Source of the DNA: Candidatus Woesearchaeota archaeon
GTDB lineage: Archaea; Nanobdellota; Nanobdellia; Woesearchaeales; ARS49
Assembly: GCA_016203305.1 (NCBI GenBank)
Contig: JACQMY010000035.1
Coordinates: 574 to 64,573 of the forward strand
DNA length: 64,000 bases
Direction: 5' to 3'
The number at the start of each line of letters is the position of its first letter. The stretch's first letter is position 1. Shown here piece by piece: positions 49,601 through 61,600 of the stretch. The position numbers and the translations under genes were made by a program. The notes beneath the pieces are model-generated. The model searched no databases. It was not told where the DNA came from and saw only the letters and a list, made by a program, of their open reading frames with translations.

Positions 49601-52600
49601 TGGAACTCCATTCAAAGTCACTTGCGCAGTTGTGTTGAACAAAGACAAGCTCGTGCTATTAACGAATGAATTATTGGTAGTAACGTTGAGCTTAAACTGT
49701 GTGACGTCCTGCGCACCAGACAATAATATAAGATCAGGGAAACGAACGCTTCCATTGCCAGTAACGAACGTTGTGTTTGTGAAATTACTAGTAACAGGAC
49801 CTGAAGAAATCACTCCCGAACTAATCCAACTCGGTGCAGAAATGATCGTATCAGTGAAGTTCGAGAAGTTTGCTCCTTGAATAGTAATACCTGCAAGACC
49901 TCCCGCACTCACATTGATAATATTACCAGTGAAATTGTTCGAGTTTGCAGTTGCCGCACCACCACCAACACCAATAGCAATTCCTATTACGCTTGCACCA
50001 CTTGCTCGTATGACGTTACGGCTCACGTTATTATCAGAAGACGCAACAGTAATGCCAGAACCAGCAGCAACTATCGAGTTATTGTCAAAAAAGTTGTTTG
50101 TCGAGGTTGTTTCAACGGACATGCCAGTCCCGCTGGTAGTAACAACAGTGTTGTTGCGCACCATGTTACCCGTACTAGAGAATTGAACCGCAATACCCCG
50201 ATCATTACTAAAGCCAGAAGCCCGCACAGTATTATTCTCAACCAGATTGTTCAGAGTGTTCAAACGAATACCCCAGTTTGAACCCCCCGCACCACTCGTT
50301 GTGATAGTGTTGCTGCCGATTGCGTTGTTATTCGCTCCACTAGCCAAGAACATACCAAAGCCAAGACCTCCAGCAGACACAGTAACTATATTGTTGTTAA
50401 CTATGGAGTGAGCAGTAGCGCCAACCATCCTCAGACCATCATTATCCGAACCCGAACCACGCGCGATGATCGAGTTATTACGCACAACATTGCCCGCTGT
50501 AGAACCCTCCAAACGCAAGCCATGATTTAACGTGCTACCATTCGTGATGATTGAATTGTTTTCAACCAAGTTGTTTGAACCGCCAATGAAACGCACTCCA
50601 ATATTCGTGTTCCCAGCAGTGCTTCCAGTATTGATCGTGTTGTTCCCAAAAGCACTGCTGCTCATAGAAGTTGCTTGTATGCCAATACCATTGGATGAGC
50701 TGCTATTGGTCAGAATAGTATTGTTCAGCACAACAATACCAGACCCACTGCTCACAACAATGCCGATTCCAGAAGAAGTCCCATTAGTCCCTATCGTATT
50801 ATTCATCAACGAAACGTTGGACGAACCGGATTGCAACAAAACACCATAATTATCATTCGTACCATTCGTCTGCAAAGAATTATTTGCAAACAAGTTGTTG
50901 TTGGAATTCGTCACATTGATTCCAATTCCAAACGCGCCTCCAGCATTACCATCAACAATCGCGCAATTTCTTACTGTGACATTATTCCTTCCACTAACCA
51001 AAACACCCTGATCCTGCCCGCCACCAGCAGTATCATAAGTCACAACATTCCCAGCACAATCCAGCATCACGTTGTCCGAATCAACCTGCACTGCAGTAGC
51101 AGGACACGTCACGTTCTCAGTTAGCATCGTGCTTGATGTTATGCTGAGCGGACAGACTGCTTCTGAAATGATTGTTACATTGTTGCTTAACACCGTAGAA
51201 CCATCAGTATTCGGCTGATTATCATTCGGAGTAACGGCGACAGACCAGTTCTGGCCAACAGAAAGTTCATTGCTAACTATTGTTTCGAGATGCCTGCTGC
51301 GGTTGCCGTCAAGGTAGAGTTGATAGACTTGTGCCGCGGAAAGCGAACGATTATAAATGCGTACTTCGTCAATCGTGCCGTTGAAAAGTTCATCAGGACC
51401 GCTTTCATCCTGTATAGTCCCAATCTTAAGATTATTAACGCTAATAGCCCCCAATGACGCTGTTGCAGGAGTGCCATTAACCCCATCAACATAAACATTC
51501 ACAGTATTGCCAGCCCTCACACCAACAACATGATGCCACACATTAGCCGTCAGTGCAGAAGATTTTGTTGCAGTAGCAACTGTCAATGCATTATCCCTCA
51601 CAAGAAATCTGACATCCGCATTAAACTGGTCCAACAATAACAAAAACGGATTAGGCTCAGTAAGAGTAGTTGAATAACCAACAACAGCGTGCAGCCCAGA
51701 CACTGTCCTTGGACGAATCCACGCCTCAACAGAATAATTAAACCCAAGCTGCGTCTTTACCACATCACCAAGACTAATCATATCATTAACACCATCAAAA
51801 ACATAACCCCCACCAACTTGCCCGGACAAATTCCACACAGGCACAGTCCCTGCAGTACCATTCCCCAACGTACCATTATTACCAAACTGCGAATAATCAC
51901 GAACAGCACCAGATGAAGTGGAACTACTGTTCGTCTCAAACGGCATATTCAAAACAGCAATACTAGTTCCATTCACGCGCCAATCAGTAATGTTCTGAAC
52001 TGCGTCATTGTCTGCATCGGTAGCGTTGATAACGAATACTGTCAGATTCTCACTTGTTGACGCATTATTTGCCGTTGCACCACTGCCATCAGTACTGTTC
52101 AAGATGACTTGAGCGATGGCAGGGTCTGAGTTCAGAATAGTCACATTGTTGCTAAGAACCGTCGCACCATCAGTATTCGGCTGATTATCATTAGGAGTAA
52201 CGGCGACAGACCAGTTCTGGCCAACAGAAAGTTCATTGCTAACTATTGTTTCGAGATGCCTGCTGCGGTTGCCGTCAAGGTAGAGTTGATAGACTTGTTC
52301 CGCGGAAAGCGAACGATTATAGATGCGTGCTTCATCAATAGTGCCATCCATGAACTCACTGCACCCAGCAGGATCACCCCCTATGCGAACCGGCTGACCA
52401 TTCACGCCAAGAGCACGAGTCTCTGATGTCTGATTCTCAAGAACACCATTAACGTAAATCCTCTTCGTACTACGATCATAAGTTCCAACCACGTGATACC
52501 ATTGACCTGTGCTTATCGACGTTGTACTCGAAAGACAGCCAAAATCGTTTGTCCCATCAGAAAGAACAAGACAAAACTTATTACCAGACGCCAACTCAAG

Positions 52601-55600
52601 CCCATACACCCTAAAAGGACTCGCACATGAACCAGTATATTTCCCGAAAATCCTATCAAAGCTGGTAAGAGAATCATAATTCACCCACGCCTCAAGAGCA
52701 ATAGCATTCTGAATATCAAGCGAATCAGAATCAGGAACCACAACATGATCGTTGACCCCATCAAACGAATACGCACCGCCAACTTTACCTGCGGAAGTCC
52801 ACGCCGGCGCATTGGCCGCAGTTCCGCCACCGAGCTGACCGCCATTTCCTGATTGCGAATAATCCCTCACCGCGCCAGATACTGTTGAACTCGTGTTCGT
52901 CTCAAACGGCATGTTTAAAACTGCAATACTTGTTCCATTAATGCGCCAGTCAGTAATATTCTGAACACCATCATCGTTCGCATCAGTTGCGTTGATGATG
53001 AAAACCGTCAAGTTCTCACTTGTCGATGCATTATTGCCAGAAGCACCAGAACCATCGGTACTGTTCAGAATGACTTGCGTGATGGAAGGAGCGACATTCG
53101 CAGACACAATCGTCACGTTATTGCTTAACACCGTAGAACCATCACTCGCATTCTGATTATCATTCGGAGTCACGGCGACAGACCAATTGTCACCAAGAGA
53201 GGTTTCCTGCTCTACAAAAGTCTCTGGATGATGAGAACGATTACCGTCAAGGAATAATTGTTGAACCTGGGCTGCAGTCAACGTACGATTGTAAATCCTC
53301 ACTTCATCTATAGTTCCGTTGAAATATAAGAGTCCCGCCGGACCGAACCACCCAATTTGGGCAACCAGGTTCGTGATACTTGGAGTATTGGCCGATGATG
53401 TAGACAGAGCCTGCAGCACGCCATCAACGTAGATGGAAGTTGTCGTGCTGATCGGCCCAGGAGTCTTGACTGCCACGATGTGATGCATCGTGTTCGCTGA
53501 AATGATTCCACCAGCAGTTCTCGCTCCATTCCCTCCTGCAAACTCAAGACTCACCCCGCCCGCGCCAACAACATTGATGCACAAACCCGCTGCTGCAAGA
53601 GCCACGGTCTCGTCGCCAGCAAGGACCGCGCACTGGGCGGCACTCGTTGTATTCGTCTTAAGCCACGTCTCTATAGAGAATGAAGGATTGCCCGATATCC
53701 CTGTGTTCTGCTGCGTGACGATGTAGTCAGTAGTCCCATCAAACACATACGCACCACCAACACGACCAGAAGAATTCCACACAGGAGCATTCGCCACACT
53801 CCCATTCCCCAGAGTTCCATTATTTCCATATGATGAATAATCACGGATCGCACCAAGAGCAGTGGAGTTCGTATTCGTCTCAAACGGCATATTCAACACA
53901 GCAATACTAGTTCCATTCACACGCCAATCAGTAATATTCTGCACCCCGTCACCATCCGCATCAGTCGCGTTGATGACGAACACGGTCAGGTTCTCTCTCA
54001 AAGAGGCATTATTTGCTGTAGCCCCACTACCATCGGTGCTGTTCAAGATGACCTGTGCAATAGCAGGATCAGCATTCAAAATAGTCACATTATTACTGAG
54101 CACAATCGAACCATCACTTGCATTCTGATTATCATTAGGAGTAACAGCAACACTCCAAACATCACCGCGACGAAGCTGTGAGGAACTGATCGTTTCCAAA
54201 TGCCTGCTGCGATTGCCATCAACATATAATTGGTATACCTGATCTGCAGACAATGAACGATTAAAAATTAAAACTTCATCTATAACCCCGTTAAAGTATC
54301 TACCATCAGAGGCAGAACCTATTAATACGGGAAGCGAATTGGAAGGCAGAGTGCCAGGTATAGTGCCCGAGAAGGATAAACTAACAGAGCTGCCATTAAT
54401 GTAAGCTTTTAAACGTCCCGCATTGCCAATCCCGGAACCATCATAAACCATTACCACCTGTGTCCATACATTATTATCCAAAAAATTTCCTGTTGTGAAA
54501 CCAATATCAAGCCCTCCAATAGCGGTAGGTGCAAAAACGAGATCATTCATGTCAAACTCAGCAGTCCCTACGAAAAAGTTTCCAGTAGCGGCGCTGTATT
54601 TGCTTATCAATGATTTTAACGCGCTAAGAGATATTGGTTTAACCCATAAGCTTATCGATAAAGAAGACAAGCCATCTAACGCGTTTATATCCCCGAAATC
54701 AACATAATCATCAACACCATCAAAAGTATACGCGCCACCAACCCTTCCAGAAGCAGTCCAAACAGGAGCGTTCGCAACAATTCCATTGCCCAAAGTACCA
54801 TTATTCCCAAACGACGAATAGTCTCTAACTACTCCTGTAACAGTTGAACTCGCATTCGTCTCAAACGGCAAATTCAACACTGCAATAGAAGTGCTATTTA
54901 TTCTCCAATCAGTTATGTTCTGAACAGAATCACCATCCGCATCAGACGCGTTAATGACAAAGACTGTGATATTCTCACTCGTAGACGCATTATTACCCAA
55001 AGCACCACTGCCATCAGTCGAGTTCAAGATGACCTGCGCGATGGAAGGATGCGCATTCACGATTGTCACATTATTGCTCAACACAGTAACACCATCAGTA
55101 TTCGGCCGATTATCATTAGGAGTAACGGCAACAGACCACACATCGCTGCGACGCAGTTCGGCTGATGCGATCGCGCTCAAATGCTTGCCTTGATTCGTGT
55201 CGTTATACAACTGCACGACTTCAGCTGTGCTCAGCGTGCGATTGAAAATCATGATTCCATCCATCGTGCCATCGAAGAATGTCCCCAGGTTATTACTGTT
55301 GAAATAACGCTCGCCAATGACGATCGGCTGGCTGTTTGTCTGCAAGTTTGCATATGCTCCACTATTATTCAACGAACCATTCTTGTATAACCGCAAGGTT
55401 GATCCATCTGCAGTAATCACATAATGCGTCCACACATTTATCTGGATTGGCACGCTCTCCGATACAACAGTGATGGTCCCAACATTGTTGCGCACAAACG
55501 CGCCCACCGCACTGAAATCAATCCACGCCCCAAAATTGTTATTGACGCTATCTAAATCACGGGTCCCCACGATGATCGTTGCAAGATTCGCCCCCGTAGC

Positions 55601-58600
55601 CGTGATCACGTCAGGCCTTAGCCAAAAGGCAATGCTGTACGTCGAAGGTTTGAGAGACGCATTATTTGCAACATGAATAAAATCATTCGCGCCATCAAAC
55701 GTGTACGCACCGCCGACCTTCCCTGAACCATTCCATTGCGGAGCAGCACCAGAAGACCCCTCACCTAATTGCGCGTTGTTACCCGCAGTCGAATAACTCC
55801 TGATCGCCCCGCTGCTCACATCGCTTGAATTCGTCTCAAACGGCAAATTCAAGACTGCAATACTCGTTCCATTGACACGCCAGTCAGTGATGTTCTGAAC
55901 TGAATTGTTGTCAGAGTCAGACGCGTTGATGACAAAGACAGTCAGATTCTCGTCTCTTGTTGCGTTATTGCCCAAGTAGCCAGACCCATCCGTGCTGTTC
56001 AATATCACTTGGCCAATGAATGGATCTGTGTTCGCGGAGACAATGGTGACGTTATTACTCAAGACTGTCGTACCGTCGCTTGCGTTCTGGTTGTCGTTTG
56101 GAGTAACTGCGACCGACCAGTTCTGGCCAATCGAGAGCTCATTGCTCACAACAGTTTCAATGTGCTTGCTGCGGTTGCCGTCAATAAAAGACTGATTAAC
56201 TTCTTGAGCGGAAAGCACACGGCCATACACCCGCACCTCATCCAGAGTTCCTGCAAATGCATCAGACGTCGTATCAGGACGCCCACCAACAGCCTTCTGC
56301 GCTGAAGCAAATCCCGGATTGGCATACGCGACACTGGAATCAAGGCTTCCGTTGAAATAAAAGCGAGCAGTTGAGGCATCATACGTTACGGCCACATGAT
56401 GCAAACTCGCAGTATCAGTGATTGTTCCAGTACTGCACGCTTCACTAATGCCGACCATTCCAATACAAAGCTTGTTCAGAGGGGAGAAATAGAACCCCCA
56501 CCCATTGGTCGCTGAAGAAACTATACCATCGCTCGTGCCAACACCATGTCGCCTCACCCACGCCTCAGCAGTCAGCGTTGTAATCTGCAGACTCGCAGGA
56601 GTACCAAGATCAATGTAATCATCCACACCATCAAAAGTATACGCCCCACCAACCTTTCCAGAAGAGTTCCACACAGGAACATTCGCAGCAGTACCCGCAC
56701 CAAGAGTGCCATTATTCCCAAACGTTGAATAATCACGAATCGCTCCCGCCGCAGTCGAACTGCTGTTAGTCTCAAACGGCAAATTAAGAACAGCTATTGA
56801 AGTTCCATTCACGCGCCAATCAGTGATGTTTTGAACGCTGTCGCCATCAGCATCAGTTGCGTTGATCACAAACACTGTCAAATTCGCACTCGAAGAAGCA
56901 TTATTACCCAAAGCACCACTGCCATCAGAACTGTTCAAGATGACCTGGGCAATCGCAGGATCGCTATTGAGAATAGTAACGTTGTTGCTGAGAACTGTTG
57001 TTCCATCCGTATTAGGCTCGTTATCATTAGGAGTCACAGCAACACTCCAAACATCGCCACGATGAAGCTCTTGCGAGACGAAAGTCGTCGGATGATTGCC
57101 ATTCAGACTGTCATTGTAAAGTCTGGCAACTTGCGCGGCCGAGAGCGAACGGTTATAGATGCGTGCTTCGTCAATCAACCCATTAAAGAACTCTGACCCT
57201 CCATCGAGCGAACCGATGTACAGATCCCCTGCATAATTCACCGAACCAAGCGATTGAGTCACGCTCGCCTGCAACGTTCCATTTACATAAAGATGAGCAG
57301 TGCTCGTTGAACGATCATAAACACCAACCAAGTGATACCAAGTATTCGCAGTAATCGGAGCGTTCGGTTGCGCAACATTTGTACCATCCCCAATCCCAAA
57401 GAATGCCGAGCTCCCAGAAGTCATCAAATAAATCCCATTGAAAACGGCCCCGCCCGAGTTTTTCCACAATATCCTATTGAATGCCGGAAGCGAAGATGCC
57501 TTAAACCACGCCTCATAACTGTATCCTTGCAAATTCGGAGTTATGCTCACACTATTGGGCACCCTGACAAAATCATTTGACCCATCAAACGAATACGCGC
57601 CGCCCACCTTTCCCGATGAAGTCCACCCTGGCGCATTCGAAGACACCCCATTGCCAAGCGTACCATTGTTAGTAAATGCTGAATAATCCCTAATCGCTCC
57701 TGTTGCAGTACTGCTAGAATTCGTCTCAAACGGCATATTCAAAACCGCAACAGAAGTTCCATTCACCCGCCAGTCGGTAATGTTTTGCACCGACGCATTA
57801 TCCGCGTCTGTCGCGTTGGTGATGAAAACAGTCAAGTTCTCATTCGTCGTAGCATTATTACCAAGATAACCGCTCCCATCCGTGCTATTCAAAACCACCT
57901 GAGCAATAGAAGGAGCGGTATTCGCTGATACAATAGTCACGTTATTACTTACCACAGTCGCGCCATCAGTATTCGGCTGATTATCATTTGGAGTAACCGC
58001 AACCGACCACGCCTGACCCGCCAAAAGCTCATTGCTCACCACAGACTCCAAATGCCTGCTGTTATTCCCATCAAGATAAAGCCGGTAGGCTTGCGCAGAA
58101 GTCAACGTACGATTAAAAATGGCAACCTCATCAAGCGTTCCTGTGAAAAAGTTCGAACCAGTCGCCCCAGAACCAACATATATCTCTTCTGTAAAGAACG
58201 TATGACTCGTCGTCAACTGCGTCGCATTCTTAAGCACACCATCAAGATAAATCCACTGGAACTTTGACGAATTCACCGCACACACAAAATGATGCCAAGC
58301 GTTATCCGCAACATTGACACCTGCCCCAGCAACCTCCCCGCCAGGATAGCCAAAACCACACGCAAACACGCTATTACTCACATATGGATGATACCCTCGT
58401 GTGTGTGCAGTGTCGCCCATTATTAACAACAAATCATCACCAGAAGAATCTGAAGTCTTAAACCACCCGCTAAAACTAAGCGCACTATTACCACTCGCAG
58501 GGAAACCAACAAGCGAACCAATCAAAATATTATCCCCCCCATCAAAAGTAAACGCGCCACCAACACGACCAGACAAATTCCACACAGGCGAAGCAGAAGA

Positions 58601-61600
58601 CACACCATTTCCAAGAGTACCATTATTCGACACACTCGCATAACTCTTCACCGCACCAGAAACCAAACTCGAAACATTCGTCTCAAAAGGCATGTTCAAA
58701 ACCGCTATTGAATTTCCATTCACACGCCAATCAGTAATGTTCTGGATTGAATCGCCATCCGCATCAGTTGCGTTGATTACGAACACCGTCAAGTTCTCAC
58801 TTGTCGATGCGTTATTTCCAGTGAAACCACTGCCATCAGTAGAATTCAAAATGACCTGTGCGATGCTCGGATCACTATTCAAAATTGTAACATTATTGCT
58901 CAACACTGTTGAACCATCCGAAGCGTTCTGGTTATCGTTAGGAGTAACAGCAACACTCCAGTTCTGGCCGTGACGCAATTCCTGAGAAACAAACGTTTCT
59001 GGATGCTTACTTCGATTACCATCTACATACAACTGCCTGACCTGCTGCGAGGACAGCGAACGATCATACATCCTGAACTCGTCCATCTTTCCATCAAACC
59101 TTGCCACTTCGCTTGGAGCGAACGTCAATGTATTGGCGAACGTGTTCTGCATATCAACCCCTGTAGCTGATGCCTGCAAAGTTCCATTCAAGTAAATACT
59201 CGCGTTTTGTGTTATCGAATCATATGTTGCAACCAAGTGATTCCATGTCCCTGCAGCAGTGGTGCCCGTATTCACATTAGCAACCTCGCCACAGCCATCA
59301 AACTCAATCGTACCCGTGCCACCTGACATAAAGATACGCCAACCATTGGTGCACGCGCAACAACTGGCAACTTTATGGAAAAGAAGTTGTATCCTCAGCT
59401 GATCGGGATTAAACCAGAACTCAACAGAAAAAGAACCAGTGTTCATCGCTGCTGTGTTTGCGACCGTCATGAGGCTGTTCGAACCGTCAAAGTCTATCGC
59501 GCCCCCCACCTTGCCAGTGCTCATCCAGGAAATACTTGTAGGCGAGCCATTGTTGCCACCAGGAGCATAATTGCGCGCGGTTGACGCAGTGTTCGTCTCA
59601 AACGGCATGTTCAGCACTGCAATCGAAGTTCCGTTGACACGCCAGTCAGTAATGTTTTGGATGGAGTCACTGTCTGCATCAGTTGCGTTGATCACGAACA
59701 CCGTCAAATTCTCATTCGTACTTGCGTTATTGCCTGTTGCGCCAGAACCATCAGTACTATTCAAAATAACCTGTGCAATGGAAGGATCCACGTTCGCACT
59801 GATCGTTACGCTATTGCTCGTCTTGGTCGTCCCATCTGTGTTCGGCTGATTATCATTCGGAGTAACCGCAACAGACCAATTCTGACCAACAGAGAGTTCC
59901 TGGCTAACGATTGTCTCAAGATGCTTACTGCTATTACCATCAAGGTAAGACTGGTTTATTTCCTGAGCGCTTAGCGTCCTGTTAAACATCAGCACTTCAT
60001 CAATAGAACCACTCCACGGCTGGTTGGTACCGTCACGAGCGCCCATCTCAAAATTCGCCGCATTGCTCAAACTTCCCGCAAATGATGAACTATCATGATC
60101 AGTGACTGCTTGCAACGCGCCATCCACATAGACACTCATCCCGCTGCGCGTCTTGCTTCCGTCATACGTAACAACCACTTGATGCCATGCACCATCGTTG
60201 AACGTGGCAGTCGTCTGCCTTCGCATGACAGTCGTCGAACCATCGACAAGGACAAACCCCACTTTGCCCGCATCACCTGCACCAGCCGTCACCACGTTCA
60301 TACCAACTTGATAACCGGCGAAAGACCCTGAGAACAATTCCTTGCTGGCAATCGTATAGACCGCCGCACCACCCGCAGTCGTCTTAAACCATGAATGAAT
60401 CGAGAAAGGCCCTGAACCAGACTGATCAAGAACATTGCCCAGATTGATATAGTCATTCGAACCATCGAAAATATAATAGCCCCCTACTTTTCCAGACGTG
60501 TTCCAAACAGGCGCGTTCGCTGCAGTGCCCGCGCCGAGCGTGCCATTATTGCCAAAAGTAGAATAATCCCTAACTGCTCCAGAAATGACCGTCGTGACAT
60601 TAGTCTCAAACGGCATATTCAAAACTGCGATAGATGTCCCATTGATACGCCAGTCCGTGATGTTCTGGACAGAATCATTATCCGCATCACTCGCATTAAT
60701 CACGAACACCGTCAAATTCTCATTCGTAGAAGCGTTATTGCCAGTTGCGCCGCTGCCATCCGTGCTGTTCAAAATTACTTGATCAATTTCAGGATGAGAA
60801 TTGATGATTGTCACGTTATTGCTCAGCACAGTCGTACCATCAGTATTCGGCTCGTTATCATTAGGAGTCACCGCGACGGACCAAACGTCGCCGCGGCGAA
60901 TCTGATTCGCATGCATCGTTTCCACGTGACGAGAACTGTTGCCATCCAGATACGTCTGATAAATCTGGCCTGATGACAATGACGTGTTAAAGATCGCGAC
61001 CTCATCAACCCGTCCATCATAAAAGTTCGCCGCGGTTGAATACTTACCCATCTGCAACGCATTCGCAGAATGTGAAACAGAACCAGTGACCGCGGTCTGA
61101 CCCGTCAGCTGACCGTCAACATACGCAAGAAGATGCGTTTGGTTGTACACTCCCACGAAATGGCGCCAAGAACCCAGCATATTTGTCGTGTTAAACGTCA
61201 CCGTTGATGGAGTCAAACCGTACGCGAAGAACGTCCACGTATTCCCTACACAATCCTCATAGAACATATACCCTTGCGTACCGATCGTTATCTTTCCAAC
61301 AGGAACGAAATTATCCCTCGTCCCATCACACGTCGAGTTGACATCCTGATTGATCCACGCTGAAACGGTAAACGCCCCGCTTGGACGCAACGATGCACTG
61401 TCCGCCACGCTGATGAAATCGTTCACCCCATCGAAATCGTATGCTCCTCCCACACGACCCGAAGTCGTCCAGACAGGAACCTGCGCCGCAGCGCCAGCAC
61501 CAAGCGTCCCATTATTGATCGAGGTCGAATAATCCCTCACCGCGCCGGTTGTGACCACAGAAAGATTCGACTCAAACGGCATATTGAGCACGGCCATACT